From Bugula neritina (taxonomy: Eukaryota > Animalia > Bryozoa): a stretch of 64,000 nt of DNA. Shown here piece after piece: positions 1 to 16,247 of the stretch. Under the pieces are notes generated by a model. The model saw nothing but the letters and a program-made list of their open reading frames with translations, made no database searches and had not been told where the DNA came from. The position numbers and the translations under genes were made by a program. The DNA is taken from assembly GCA_964035545.1 (NCBI GenBank), contig OZ037767.1, positions 29,466,628 through 29,530,627 of the forward strand, written 5' to 3'. Position 1 is the first letter of the stretch. Each line of letters starts with the position of its first letter.

Positions 1-126
1 GACTCATAAAATTGGATTTGCTCTAAGGCATATCACTGCTACACTGCAATACTAATATTGTACTGAATAATTTATCACATTTTTTTTATTCAATAGAACA
101 CACAGCCTTACTAGCTAGTTATAAAG

Positions 127-3100
127 CTACCTCTGCAGATTGAAGGCTAATAATTTTAGATCGTATCTATTTTGTTAGCATTTTCTTTTATGCTGCTTAC
201 AGTACCTCGTCAAGAGGAGACAACTTGAATACATAATCTTGAATACTGACTGTATTGGGTGATGCCTTATCATATTGCTAACAAATAGTGGCAGCCAGAA
301 GGTGTAAAAACAAGTCTAATAACTGTGTTTGAATGATATCAGTGAAAAAACAAGTTTGTCTAAGTTTTAAGTCTAAATGGGTTAACTGTCATTTTCACTA
401 GGATTGGCTCACTCAGTAGAGGGGAGACAACTTACAATATTTCTGCCAAGATAAGATCCTGGTTCCTTTGCCTGTTTCTGATAGACCGAGCACTCAGGTC
501 CACGTCGTGTAACTGGAGCTGTATCTTGTTGATTAGTTTGTTGGTGTCTTCTTTATTTCCCATCTCATTCTCATATACCCTCAACTCCTCGTTCTCTATC
601 TTCTCACTTTTTGTGTAGTGCTTGCAATGAAGTCTCTATAATGAATACATGTTGTAACGAATAATCCTGAATATATGGGCAAAAATCGGTATTGTATGCA
701 ATAAAATTGTGCTATCTGTAAATAAAACGCAAATAAAAAGCAGAAATATTTTATACAAGTAAAGTACAGCTATGGCTTTGCCTTATAGAGCAGTAAATTT
801 TATCCAACAGTAAATTAATTTACATTTTACTAATTTTGTACTCTTACAAATAAAATTGTAACGCATACAACTTTCACACCTGACAGCCAAAAGGCACACC
901 ATTGACTTCCACCCTAGACACGATCCAAGCCCTGTTGAGGTAGACCTCAAGCTGTGCATTTCTTCTCATGGATTCGTAAGTGTCTGACAGTTGGGCAATG
1001 AGAATGTTCATTAACATCACCATGCAGACGAACAGGAAAGCTAGGAATAGTATTGTAGCGTACCACCTGCAAATTATACAATGATCAAATACACGTTTTT
1101 AAATATTATTTATTTCAGAATCATTTCACATAGATAGTCTGAAAACATTATAGTTTATAGAAATTTAATTATTCTTGGCAGTTGTTTTAAAGTATTTACT
1201 TAACTTTTTAACTTTACTTAACATTTTAGTGTGGTGATTAAAGTGGTAAGCTACTTTCACTCATTTGATTAAACTTTATTTTCTAAGAACTTCAATCAAC
1301 AGTAGTTAAAAGTAGACAGGTGTTAGTTTGCTTTGAACGTATAAACAGATTATATATAAGTATAACTGCAAATTAAAACCTATTTAAGTAATGTCTGTAT
1401 AATGCCTTAATTTTATGAAGAACCAGATTGAGTTCATGAGATAAAGCTGTGCTAGTTGAGATCACTGATGCAATACTGAGGTGTGGTTTGGCAGGTATTC
1501 AAAGCATCTACTGACATGCTTATACTCACCCATACACATGGCCTTGATCATTGAAATACTCTAGAACTGGACCTTGTTCAACCAGTACCCGGGAAGAAGT
1601 TAGCAATATGTTCCAAAAGTCACTGCAAAAATATTATCACATTAAAAACCAGGCATTTAAAAACTATTTTATACTTCCAATTGATCAAAAATAATAAATT
1701 TTACAAATACAGCTGTATAACTTGATACAGCAAAATAGCCAAAAATGCTATTTTTATGAACCTTAAAAGCTTTATATAGGCTGCTCTATATTTTGAATAT
1801 TAAGCTATATTAGATACATTAAAATGTTCATTACTTTACGCAAACCTGGTTCGTATGTTGTTGGTAGATGCAAGCGTGCCGTCTAGCCTCAGTGCCATAG
1901 CAAAGCTGCCACTAAATGCCAACATGATAATGAAAAACATTATCAGGAAGTCTACAAACTCCTTGGTAGCCATTCTAAATATAATCTGGGAGTATGCCCT
2001 CTGCCTCCTACAAAATGTTCAGTAAAAGAGAAGACAACTCACAGCTATTACACTATAATATGATAATATTTTGTTTATTATTCACACCTGTGATGAACTA
2101 CAGTGCAAGTAGAATGTTTTCAAATTTGCAAAAACAAAACTTTGACTTCTAATGATTTTTTTCAATAAACACATCATTCAAGTTACAAGGTTTGACTACA
2201 TCACGTATTTATACCTGAAGATAGCAGAATACTGGAATATTTTGAGTACAGAGAGAAGATAGCCTGCGGAGTAAACCCCCCATTGAGCCGGTAAGTCTAG
2301 CATCCTTAGTGGCACTACCAGAATCAACAGTATCGCACCCACTAAGTCTACATAGTTAAACACATCTAGAAAGTAGTCTTTCCTCAACCTAAAATTCAAT
2401 AAATTGGTTAAAAAATACAAGACTGTTTTATGAAATTATATTCTATAAATGATAATTTGCCTTCATAAATATGCAGTGTGCGGAAATGCTTTATTTAAGT
2501 ATTTTAAACAACAAAGTAACTAATAAACTTACTAAATAAAATAAAAAATAGGGGTCGTTTACTTAATTTAGTACATGCTGAAAATCTCCAGTTTTTAACT
2601 ATTCTTTATAATTTAGCTGCTAATGAACATGGGTTTTTGCACAAAACTAGTAAAATATCAATAAATACACCTAAATAATCAAAGTTCTTTTTAATTTTGC
2701 TTGATTTCCCATGTTTTTTCCAAATTATTCAGCTAATTTCGATTGCGGATCATTATGATTTTTTCGTAACGATCCGCAATCCAAATTAGTAATACAATGC
2801 ATCGGCTATAGCTGATGCATTGTATTACTTTGCTTCACTTTTAGTCTGTATTAAATAAAAGTAAGATAATATAAAAATACTCAATTTTGTAACCGAACAT
2901 ACTTGAATGCCTCCATGGCTTCCTGTAGCAAAGTACTGACTATGAAGATTAGCACCATGACTTCGCACACAGCTCTAGAGACATCTGCGGCACTGCTCAG
3001 ACTATATGTCTTTGGGTTTGGTGCATTCAGAGCGAGGATAACTGACGCTGTTAGGAAGCATAATGCTATTATATAGCTTATGCCACTTGCACTGTAAAAA

Positions 3101-6100
3101 AATAACTTATATGCAGGTAAAGCTTGGAGTAAAGTTACCATTCAAACAAGTATATTATAGGATTGGTAAAAATGTTTTTAAGAATAGAATGCTTTCACTT
3201 TAAGCTGTCAAGGGTATAGTGCATAATAGACAGTTAATGCAGTGTTCCAAAGATTAGTGATTTGTAAATGAAGACTTACATAAATCTGTTTCTGGCGTAT
3301 TTGACCCACTTTCTCCGCACCAAAAGTCTTACAGCAGGATGACTAATGTATTCCTACAAACAAACAATAGTACTATATGATGGTCAATTAAAAAGTATAA
3401 ATTTTATTTAAGACACGTTCTTCAAGTTTGACCATAGTGAAAAATTTAAATATGTGTTTGTTTGCCCGTAAGCTTGCCGATTATTTAGACATTTCTGAGC
3501 AAACTATATCAGTAGTTTTGCTTATGAATGCATCCAAGCGTATTGAATGAGGACCTTTCCCTACGGGTAGGTTTTACATTCACACAATTGAATTAGGAAT
3601 TAAAATGCTGTATCTCTGTTTACATTACCATAAAATAATTTCTGTTATACTGCAACATATTCACACTGCATAGACCTAAATTTTCAACATAATATACTAC
3701 ACATTGTTACACCCCTGTAGAGTTGTCTCCTTCATGTTGGGTTACTATACTACAGTACTTTAGACTACCTGGTCGCCTGTTTGCGTAATCAGTTGGAGAC
3801 ATGTTTTGCTATTTGTTTTGAAGTTGGCGCTGTCAGGTGTTTCGCCTTCACTGTCAGCTTCAAGCAGATTATAGTAGACTATAGACTTAGACGATGTCCA
3901 ACCCACCGTGTCAATTAGACTGTCCAGAACTGCTTTCACCGAGAGCTATAAGGATTAGTCAAAAGTGTAACATAGGTACAATATGATGACCTAATAAATG
4001 TGTATCATTTCATAATTGATAAACAGGCAGAATAAATGTTTACATGTCACAAGATTCACTTTCACTGTGTCACTGCCTAAAACCATATCAGGGTAGTAAT
4101 GGAAAGATTTTGTCAGCCTATTCTCTTTAATTTTCTGCACTAGATTTTGTTTGGGGCCAGCGTTGAAATTCTCAGAAAAGCATATCTTCTTTCATTGCAT
4201 CTTTATTTAGAACATGGGCTTTTCTAATTTTTCCATTACTGCACCTACTACCTTCACAAAACTGTGTAAACATAAAAAATGAAACAATTATTACACAACT
4301 ATTTTGCAATTTTTAGTAAGCACACACCAGTAAGTAATATGACCAAAATGATTCTATTAAGTTATTCATTTGTTTTTATACTCAATATCTAAAATAAAAC
4401 TGCCAGTTTAATCTCAACAAAATAATACATAAAATGTAAATTCTGAGACCTTCCAATGCAACAACTAAAACACTATAAGTTTGAAGTTGAGTTTTGAAAT
4501 GGTGTCCATCTCATAATTTTACCAAACTTAAAAACAATTCATCTCATTTACAGTTCAACTGAATCAATAATTACTGAAATAATCAGAAGTTTTAATAAAC
4601 AGCTGGTAGTATAGAGGTTCAAAATGGAAAGCATACACAAGCAATCAATCATAATATTATAATACCGAATTGTTTTAAAAATGTAAAATGCAAACAGCCA
4701 TTGAAATGCCATTACACTTGTTACCTTCATAGATTTGTCCTTAACCAGGCTGTGTAGAGAATAAATAGATGTGTCCACACCATGACGGTGGGAGAAAAGC
4801 TCTCTTATCCTGAAACAAGAGAAAGATTCATCAATTCTTCAACACTGCTGCTTCATGCTGTTTTGCATGTTAATGAATTTATCTACAGCTAAAGAATTTA
4901 ATAGTTTTGTATTCTTACAACATGTTAGAAATTAAATACTAAGTTCTAAAATAAAGCTGGAACAGTGCATCTCTGTTTCAATAAAGTTGTTAAAAGTTAT
5001 AAAATAGAATTACTCTATTTTTAAATCATCAGGCTAGTATTGCCTTTATATCTATTATAATATACCTATTAGAGCTTTGCTGAATAAAGCAAATGCGTGG
5101 GAATAAAAATCCCCTAAACTAAAGTATAGTTAGAGTTATCCTATTATATATTCAATGCCTTGAAACATAATAAATTATGTTGTACTCCTTTTTACTTTAG
5201 ATATACATTATTTAGAGACTGAGATCAACTAAAATTAGAAATAAAGTACAGCTTTATAACAATATCAAGTTACATTATCAACCCTGTGGCTCCAGTGCTA
5301 GTTAATTGTATATAGATTGGTGTAATGTAGGTATGCATTATGACAACTTTGCACTATATGTTATGTGCAGGCATAGCTTAGCAACCTTGTTGAATAATAG
5401 ACCAACCTAGATAGCAAATATTTGGTTACAGGAAAGAGAACATACTGATTACATTGTAACCACCCACTACATGCTAAAGCACCTATTGCTATCTCAAGCC
5501 ATATGCATGCTTATATACCAGGTTGATTAAGTCAACTAGGATTTTCAAATTGTTATAAGCAGCAAATATAGCTAGGTGGTGCTGCCATGCAAACCTTAGG
5601 AATTCAAAAAAGTATGATTTTATAAACATTAAGCTATAGTAAAGAACAGAGAAGACCTTACAGCTTTAGAGACAAATAAGGAAAGTCAATGTTATTTAAA
5701 CTAGAAGCTACAGCTACTACCCAGCAAGAACAATAGTTGAATGTTTGTTTTGACATCAACTCAGGCCTACACCAGCTTCTTTAGCAAAAGAACACGTTCA
5801 GAGGTTCAGAATAAATGCTACTATACCTAAAACCTATCAAAATGATACCTGTAGAAGCACACCTGTTTTGTCTAGACTTACACATTTGATTTGGTGGAAT
5901 GTATCAAAGTTGCTGCTAGCCTATCGTTCTTGTTCTGTAGAGCTATGCTAAGCGGTGACATCCCTTCAATATCAACTCGTGTGGCAGACGCCCCAAACTC
6001 TATGAGTATTTCTCCAACAGCTATGAAGCCTCTTTTGGCAGCATAGTGTAGCGGAGTTCTAGTATTGTTATCTATTGTATCAGCGTCGGCTCCTCTGTAC

Positions 6101-7677
6101 AGCAGCTTGGTGGTCAGCATCGCTGCCTATAGTAAATAACAACGTCAGCTAAATATTTCACCAATACTGGTAATCAGCATAGCTGCCTGAAGTAAAGAAC
6201 ATCAATTAGTCAGCAGATTGGGTAACTGCAGCTATAATTATAAGCAAATAATATACTTGAGAGACTTTCAGGTTTAAGGAGTTTACTTTCAAGCAACCAC
6301 TGTTTAGTTGGCGTGGAACTTTCTAGAACTGACTACCTGTTGCTAAAGAATTGCTTGATGAGATTGCTGTTAGATCTGAATTTTATGCTGAAAATACTAC
6401 TATTGGTTTTATATAAGGGCTGAAATGCTTGCAGGTAGAAATTTAAATCCTTCGAAATTCTTTGCTACTTTAGTATAATAAATACGAGTACATTACGCTA
6501 TAAAAATGAGTACATCTGTGCTACAAGTGTAAGTACATATGTACTACAAATATGAGTATAGAAAGGCACAGACCACAGTAACCGATGAGTTAATGTGACC
6601 AGCAATTTACTGTAAACTTACCTTTTCTTCTGGAACTGCTTCTGTAAGTACAGCAAGTAGCGTGTGCTCCAAGTTACCAGAGTATTTGGCTATGAGACGG
6701 TCTATAATCACCTCCACTTCTGCTGCACTCTGACCCAGATGGTACTTCTTCTTCTTTTCTGCTACCTGTAGTGTAAGAAGTTGTTCTCTTATGTGCTTTA
6801 TTAAGACACTCGTACTATACGTTATATACTATTCTGCACATACATATATGTACATTGTAAATTATATGATTTCTGTAATGTTACTATAGTAGGGAGGACA
6901 TGTATAAACAATAATATATCTACATATTATTTTCTTGACTTAATCATACATACAATGGTGCGTCATGCATAAGCAAGCTTATTTCTTTGTACAATATTTT
7001 CATTAAATCTACAACTTGAAGTATCATTTTTACTAGTTGCATTTCATTATTATAGTCATATCAGTAAATAAATTTTAGATATATATTATTACATTTTAGT
7101 TTTCAAATTACAATCAGATTCTAAATTTGATTAGTAAATTAATTAATTAATAAGAAGTGTAAATACATAAATAAATAGTGTATACCAGCTTTTGGAAAGT
7201 ATCTTTGTTGAAGTTTTCATCAAATAGTATTTTGTTCATTTCGTCATAAAGGGAACCATTTACATATTCTGTCAACAGCCCTGTTCCCTTGCCTGCAAAA
7301 TATTAAAAGTCGATAATAATCATGTATTCTACAAATCTCATATGTTAGATACACAACTAAATTGATAATTATGCTCTCTACTCTTCTTATATAAGTTATG
7401 CAATATAGAAAACCTTCCTCCCATAAACATATTTAGATAGTTGTGACAATCTCAATCATGACATAATAAATACTAGAAATACTTTTCAGTATTTGTCAGC
7501 AGTAACATTCTTACTTGTCACATCATAGTCCTCGATGGACCATGATCTGCTAGTTCGGCGCCCAGACATTGCGTCTCTGTCAGGTGGGGATATGTAGTTC
7601 ACGCTTCCAGACTCGCTAACCGAAGACAACTCTAACAATTCTTCTGTAGAAACTCTGTTTTGGAACCCACGCTTCAT
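127..7677 (-). CDS. Ankyrin-repeat TRP-family cation channel (TRPV/TRPA-like), ~679 aa. Exons: 7515-7677, 7186-7292, 6622-6765, 5882-6126, 4725-4809, 3769-3945, 3280-3353, 2903-3091, 2215-2388, 1846-2007, 1530-1622, 880-1066, 436-635, 127-166
   Basis: All introns are GT-AG and the phases join into one ORF. Motifs: ankyrin repeats (RTPLHYAAKRG, MSPLSIAL), pre-S1 HPAVRLLVRRKW, S3 YFLDVFNYVD, S5 FLIMFFIIMLAFSGSF, S6 LMNILIAQLSDTY, and a coiled-coil-like C-terminus. The last exon (127-166) is the least certain; it has a branch-like GCTAAC upstream and AATAAA downstream. Confidence 0.88.
2733..2829. repeat. Two abutting inverted repeats (double hairpin) in a TRP intron
   Basis: CTAATTTCGATTGCGGATCATTATGA...TCGTAACGATCCGCAATCCAAATTAG (2733-2789), followed by the near-perfect palindrome AGTAATACAATGCATCGGCTA|TAGCTGATGCATTGTATTACT (2788-2829). 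Confidence 0.85.
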
Positions 7678-9589
7678 TCCTTCATAGTTGGCTGTTACAT
7701 TTTATACATCTGTATCCCATACCTTGAGACCTTAACACATATAACAATGTAATAAGCACGTCTGTAGACATGTAGGCTTATATGTGATGCTTATGAAGAG
7801 AATAGACAATCAGTTTTGCTCTACTAATAATATTAAACTTGCGCTGCAAAACAATCAGAAATTAGAAAAAGGTTGCTTATGAGTTAAACATCTAAAAATA
7901 AACAATTCAACAAAGTAGCTGGGAAGAAAATATGACCCAAAACAAAATATGTGATGATTGCCATATCAATCAAATGTTGTGGGGCAAAAACCAGAGACAT
8001 AACAACTCTTAATATGTTCAGTGTATACTATTATGCTATGTGGCATTACACACAGGGGAACTGTAATGATATTCATACACTAAATTATTGGAACAGCAAT
8101 GGTTGGCAGCAAAATATATCATAAATTGGTTACTAAGATACCCAACGCAAATATTAAAATAATATATACTCAAATGTACTATGTTTCAATGTAATATACA
8201 ATGTAATCCACTTAGGTATGATATAGTATACGTAGTAACAATTAACTGTATATACATACTATAGTATGTTAGAATATATACTGTAACGTAATATGGTAGG
8301 CTATTATATACTGTGATATACAGTGGGATAGGTAACATACACTGTGATGAGGTGTGTTGTAATGTAATATACACTGTAATACCCTGTAGCATAATGTGTT
8401 ATACCTTGTAATATACTTTGGCATAATGTAATGTATACTGTAATGCACTTAAGTATGGTGTTACTTAATATTATTGTGTTGAAAAATAATACTTACTCAA
8501 CTGGCTAACTAAAGCTGTGTTAAAGTCAAGGTATAGCTTGTAGAATGAGTAAGAAATGTATTGGCCTAGTTTATAAACTCTTATCTACAGCATACAATAT
8601 ACAATAGATCCACAGTGTATAGAGAGATAAGATGACCTAAGGTATTGCTTGTAGCTTTATGTAGACATGAATATATCTTAGATATGAGCTGGGCAATTAA
8701 GTTAGCTGGCTGACATAATGGCTAAGGTAGGCCTTGGTCATATTTACCTCATCTAGCTGAAGGTAAGGTAAATACTGGTTATACTTACCTAGCCAAGGCT
8801 GAAATAATTACTGACTATACTTACCCGTTCTTTGGCGTTGTTATTGTAACATAGATAAAAGCAAACTATATGTTGCTGCCTATCTACAAGAACTTGTTCC
8901 ATAGCTGTCCAGAAAAACCACATATTACCACCCATGCATCTAATTACATTCAGCAGTTAGTTGAGCTGTTTTGTAAAATAATATTACTAGTAAACATCTT
9001 TTAGGTATAACCAAATTTTCAAAATTACGATAGTACCCGAGAAAATTTCCAACCTATCAAACTTTTCAAATTTTATGAAATTATTAATACAATTCATTTT
9101 TCTTTAGGTCTTAGTATATAATGTTTTTCTATTATCAAGTGTGTGAATACTAGTTAGACATGCCTATTAATTTAAAAAATAACTTTCTAACATAATATTA
9201 TTGTTTTGCTGTATTTTTATAAAAATAAAAAAAGTTCAAGCAATGCTTTCACTTTATTCTCTATAGCCAAAAATACTTTTTAATCTAAAACTAAAAAAAC
9301 TAGTTGGTTTAAGAAATTTGGGGAAGCTTAAGGGTCAGTGAATAGAATGTTTATTTCGTTATATTTTCAGAAGATAAGAGAAATATTTTGTATTATATGT
9401 GTTAGTATATATATTATAGATATATAGATATATATTTGTATGTACATCATGTATATATAAAAATTTTAAACAGATATTGAATATTTCTATTAAAAAAAAC
9501 ATAATAAATCTAAACATGATACATATAGAACAATGTCCATTGGAAACACATTGCGTCTATAAACACTGCATGCTTATATCAACTCATGA

Positions 9590-11217
<1,628 letters not shown>

Positions 11218-12730
11218 TCTATAACATTAAAACATAAATCGAATCAAGTTAGCAACCACAATTAATGACAATGTGGAAAATTCAACAAAGAGTTAATATG
11301 GGTTTTTACAAACACCATTTCATTGTTAAACTTTTTATTTTTAGCATATTAAAAATTCAATCATTGTTGTTTTTTTAGGTAATTCAGTTTCCTATGCAGC
11401 AGTCAGCTGCCTAATAATAGATAAGGCCTAACTGCCATATTTGTTGAAATCAGCTTCTAAGGGTGTTGACAGGAGCCAATTCATCTTCTTTTGTAAGGTT
11501 ATTACATGTGTCCCACCAACTAGCTGACCCTAATTGTTACTAATTTTAGATTTAATTACCCGTTTTATGGTTGGCCTGGTATTTAAGGCAAGATAGAACT
11601 CCGGGGAAAAAACGGTACCTCAAGTAGCCTAAGCTATGCTACTTATTGTGTTTAATTTAAGTGACAAAGTAACATTATTAGTAATACTAATAGAAAGTTA
11701 AAATTATACATACCTGAAAATAGCAAGGAGTCAAGAGAATAGAGGTTATATTGTCATCTGTTATTATTATTTACTATTCTTCCCATAATGTTGGTAAACG
11801 AATCAAATCTATTTGATAGAATTGAGTGTGAGTGTGTTAGAATTCACATCACAAGTTACTACAGCGGCTAGTAGGCGTGTGCTTTAACCAGTAACTTCTA
11901 TCTTATAATGAAACAGAGCAGGAAATTACCATAAATCAGTACGGATCAGCTACCATTCTATTATTCAAAAGGTTAAAAGGTTAACAACAACACCTAATAA
12001 CTAATGAGCTTTACATTCTAGCAGCCCCCTCAGCACTACTCAGCAAATAATTACAACAATATTTCAAATTTATTTTCCAGAAATTTATTATAAAAAAGTT
12101 AGTTTACATTTTTGAAAATGCTGCTACAAAAATATCTATCGCCTAAAAGAACAATTCTATAGCAGAGTTTGAAGTTTCTGTAATCCTCACATGCTAAAAC
12201 TTTCGAAGTGTCTCCTGCGAACATTTATAATGAGGCTAAATGAGGTTAAATTGTGTTAGTGTCAAGTGGGAACTGCCCCCTAATTATCAATTTATATCAG
12301 CAGGGCTAGAAAAGAGTCTATTGGTATTATAATAGAATCTCTAAATCAGGCTCCGGCTACTACACCACAGCTGCTTTCTAATTATCTAGTTTTATAGTAA
12401 TTATTATAATTCGGTTAAACAATATTATCACAATGAGTTATGAAATTTTTAAGCATCTTAAATTTTTATAGCTGTAATGAATGCGAAACTCCTAAAAAAC
12501 ATGCTTTTATTGTGTGTTAATTTAGAGGACACCATTCATCGCATCTAGTGTGCAATAAGTAGTAAAATAATTTAACTCTTTGGTTTCAAATCACATTCTG
12601 CATGTTTCACTGAAATTGAAGAAAAAAAATTAGACGAGATCTGACTAAACCTACTTATTTTACAGTCGAAGCTTATGCCTTTATAGGTATTACTGATTGT
12701 AGATGTTATATTTATAGTTATGCTCTAAAC

Positions 12731-13046
12731 CAGGGCTGTCCAATAGGTGGCACCAGGGTCAGATGTGGCTCCTAGCCTACATTTTTTTGACCCTCAAAGA
12801 CATAAAACTAGAAGAATTTTCTAGTATAAATATATATGAATTAGAGTAAAAAACCACCTTTTAATTTATGTCTTATTTATAGCTAAACAGTTGCAAAAAA
12901 TGCAGTCTGCATTACCTAATGGGACTTTATTGTGTAATTATCCATGATAATTTAGAACAGATAATTTGAAAAATACTGAGACTGTGACTCTTAGACCAGA
13001 ATATTCTCTATCAGAAGCGTCACTCTGAAAAGGCTGGACACCCCCT
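12731..13046. mobile_element. Possible degenerate hAT-like MITE
   Basis: CAGGGCTGTCCAA at the left end and TGGACACCCCCT at the right end form an imperfect TIR; no TSD is recognisable. Confidence 0.4.
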
Positions 13047-13650
13047 ACCCCCCTCCCGTCTGAGCCAATAACGATATTGAGATGTACAATTAAAGTTCTA
13101 GTTTTTAGCCATATCTTCTAGTTGTATCAGTATGCTAACACAAAACCTATACCGAGTAAGAAGCATAATACGAGTATATACTATAGGTATATCAATGTAG
13201 CTGGCAACATAACATTAAATTTAAAAAGAAGTACTCACTTAACTTAATCAACAGAGACTGAATGAAGACTTCTAGAACTCGTTCCCCGTGCAAATGTATT
13301 TTAACCATTCATAGCATAGACAAATAGGGTATATTAAATTTAATAATTGCTAATGCTAGCCCAACAATTTTACCTACTCTATATTTATTTTATATGCATA
13401 TAAAAGGAATATTATGATGACAATAGTTTAGCATTAGTTACATTACTTATATATATGAAGCTAGTAGGCTTATAGCTTACCTGTAGGCATATACTAATAA
13501 TATAATATACCAGTATGTTTGACTTATGCTAAATATTTTTCAACTAACGGACTAGACTGCATTCTAGTAGTTAGTAGCAGCACTTGAAAGTTACAGGTCT
13601 GCATAGGTGTTTGCATTGCACTGGTTTATTAAGCTTAGTGATGCGTCAGT

Positions 13651-13704
13651 TTATGAGCTCCTTGTAGCTTATGAGCTCCTTGTAGCTTATGAGCTCCTTG
13701 TAGC
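13651..13704. repeat. 18-bp tandem repeat x3 (TTATGAGCTCCTTGTAGC)
   Basis: Directly visible. Confidence 0.95.
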
Positions 13705-14421
13705 GATGAGTTAGTATCCATTCAGCATATTGGCAACAATGCTGAGAAAAATCTCCAATATTAGTATTTGATCTACTCAGAGCCAAAGTTATTAGCTGTG
13801 CATAAGAATTGTGCCAACTGTACTGAACTGGAAAAAAACCACAGGTTTCTAGCGCAGTGGTGCTAACTAACTAACTAAATCTAAATGAAGTTATAGTATA
13901 GAGTCATAGGGGTATGCGAGTGCAGAATAGAGATGTGACACTGAATAATGAGCACAGAGGGAAGAAAAATAAGGGTATGAAAACGAAGAGCAGCAGTATT
14001 AGACCACATACTAGAACAAATAGCATGAATAATGAGCGTATGAGAGCTAATTAATGCAGAGATTTGAGGAAACACAATGGCTAGATTATACTTTATTCTG
14101 AACATACAAGATACAATAATGAGGAAATTTTTGACTTTTTGGTACTGTAAATGCAATTAACAATAATATTATATTCGTCATGCAACATGATTTCTAAAGT
14201 ACAGCTGTACCTGTTGACTTCTCAAATTGATCTACCAGTAGATGGTATCATTCTTATGACACAGAAGTACGTCATTGCTTTAACCATTTATACACAATGA
14301 ATTGACTATTTTGAATAAATAGCAATTTATCTCTCTTATAGCTAATTTTTAGAAACAAAATACTGTTAAACCTTTGAGTGCCCCGTAATTTTGCTACACT
14401 CCTTTAATAATACCTTGCATG

Positions 14422-16247
14422 CAGGGATGTAGTGGCAAAAATATTCTAGGCCATACTCTCAGGCCGGGGGTCCAGGGGGCCGCCCAGGCCCCCTGGCAGG
14501 GTCCAGGGTAGCGCCCGGCCGCCGAAGCCCTCAGAGCGCTTCTGATGCGAATTTATGCAATTTAAAGCCATTGTGAATTATAATTCTTCTGAAAAAATCT
14601 GTGTTGAAATGTGCACCCCGCTATTATTTTCATACCATACCAGCTACATGACAACTAGGCATTGCTGCAAACTATATAAATATTCAGTCTTGTCCCATAC
14701 CTGTTGACTTTAATGTAATGTAATGTAGTCTTACTCAACTGCAGTTAGGTTTGTTCTGACATTAAGTCCAACCTGCACAGAAAAATTGCTGAATATCTCA
14801 AAAAGATGGAAGAATAGAGGCAGGTAACAAGTGCTCTTCAAATGCAACCTGATTACTTTAAATAACTAATACACTGCTGTGCACAGAAAAAGAATAATAG
14901 ATCAGAACAGAGGAAAATTGCTAATCAGAAAATGTGTGTTGGTTATTCATAAAGAGCAATTTAATTGAATTGATAACTCATTGGCAAGCAGAAATTGGTT
15001 GAAAACCTATTTGGAGTTTATTAGAGTACTAGTGTAATTCATAAGGAGATACCGCCACACCTCCTTACACACAATAAAGCACACCCAAGAAGAGTATGTT
15101 AACTTGGTTTTAAAATAAAACTCCTGAGCTTCCACTAGGTATATCAAGGAAATATACCCCAAAAAAGCAAATTTGACAGGTTTAATATGTGTTAACCTAG
15201 AAGATGATTATAAATGTAAAGCCAGATGTTAGTTAGTACAATCAAACATAAAAGGTTACTTATGGTGGTGTACAGTTTGCAAAACCTCATTGCACTGATA
15301 ATTAACATGCAATAACATTAGGTTTTTTACCAAAATGTGGATATAGTACATGTAGACCTCAGGGATAAATTTTCATTAGCTTCTCTTATATACCTGGTAC
15401 TGTTTCTTGAAGAAATTTTGATTTTATTTCTGGATTTCATGTTGGTTTTGTTTCCAAATTCCATTGCTTATTGACAAAATGCAAGTCCACGCAAGATAGA
15501 TGAAGGCAACCTTCTAGCTGTCACTGCCTTGCTTAGGCCACTATATTGGTATATTATAAAAATTCAGTCCTGCCCAATAAAACCTCACTTAATTGTGCTA
15601 GAATTAAAATTTAAAAACCTTGTTTAGATCTTCCTGTTCCTCAGAGCACCTGCTTTTTTGAGTTTTCAATATTTTTTTGCAAAGTTATAGACAAAAATCT
15701 GCCCATTTTTAGCCAATTTTACCTGAAAAATTTATTTTTCAGTCCCTGCCAAATATCTCAGCAGGAAAGCATGGTATTCGAATAGAACAAATACTGTCGG
15801 AAACCTGAGAAATTTATGCATGGCAAATTTTTTGATCTTCTCAATAACCTTCATAGATTTTCTACAAGTTAGTGATTTATACACCGAAAATGAAAGATTT
15901 TTTCCTTCGTAATCACCAATGCACAGCATTTCGCGTTTCAGTGAACATGTAGAGATAAGAAGATGGAATGTTGATAGCTGCATATTATTCATGGTGTAAT
16001 CTCAGGCTAAACAATCACAAGTAGGCAACACGCATGCCACCCACATAGCATTAACATATCAAGAACTTAAACTAGATTGTGAGCGAAATTTATGATTTTC
16101 TCAGTGAGGATGCCCAAACTATCCTGTGCACTAATCATCTTTCAAAAATAATATGCCCATACGGGCGTATGGCCTAGAACAGTCTATTTTCTTCTAGAAT
16201 CTAGGCCATACGGCGTATGGGACCGTATGGGTACCACTACATCCCTG
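14422..16247. mobile_element. Non-autonomous hAT-superfamily DNA transposon, 1826 bp
   Basis: Perfect 14-bp TIR (CAGGGATGTAGTGG ... CCACTACATCCCTG) and perfect 8-bp TSD CTTGCATG (14414-14421 and 16248-16255). Subterminal CTAGGCCATAC repeats at both ends; no transposase ORF. Confidence 0.92.
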
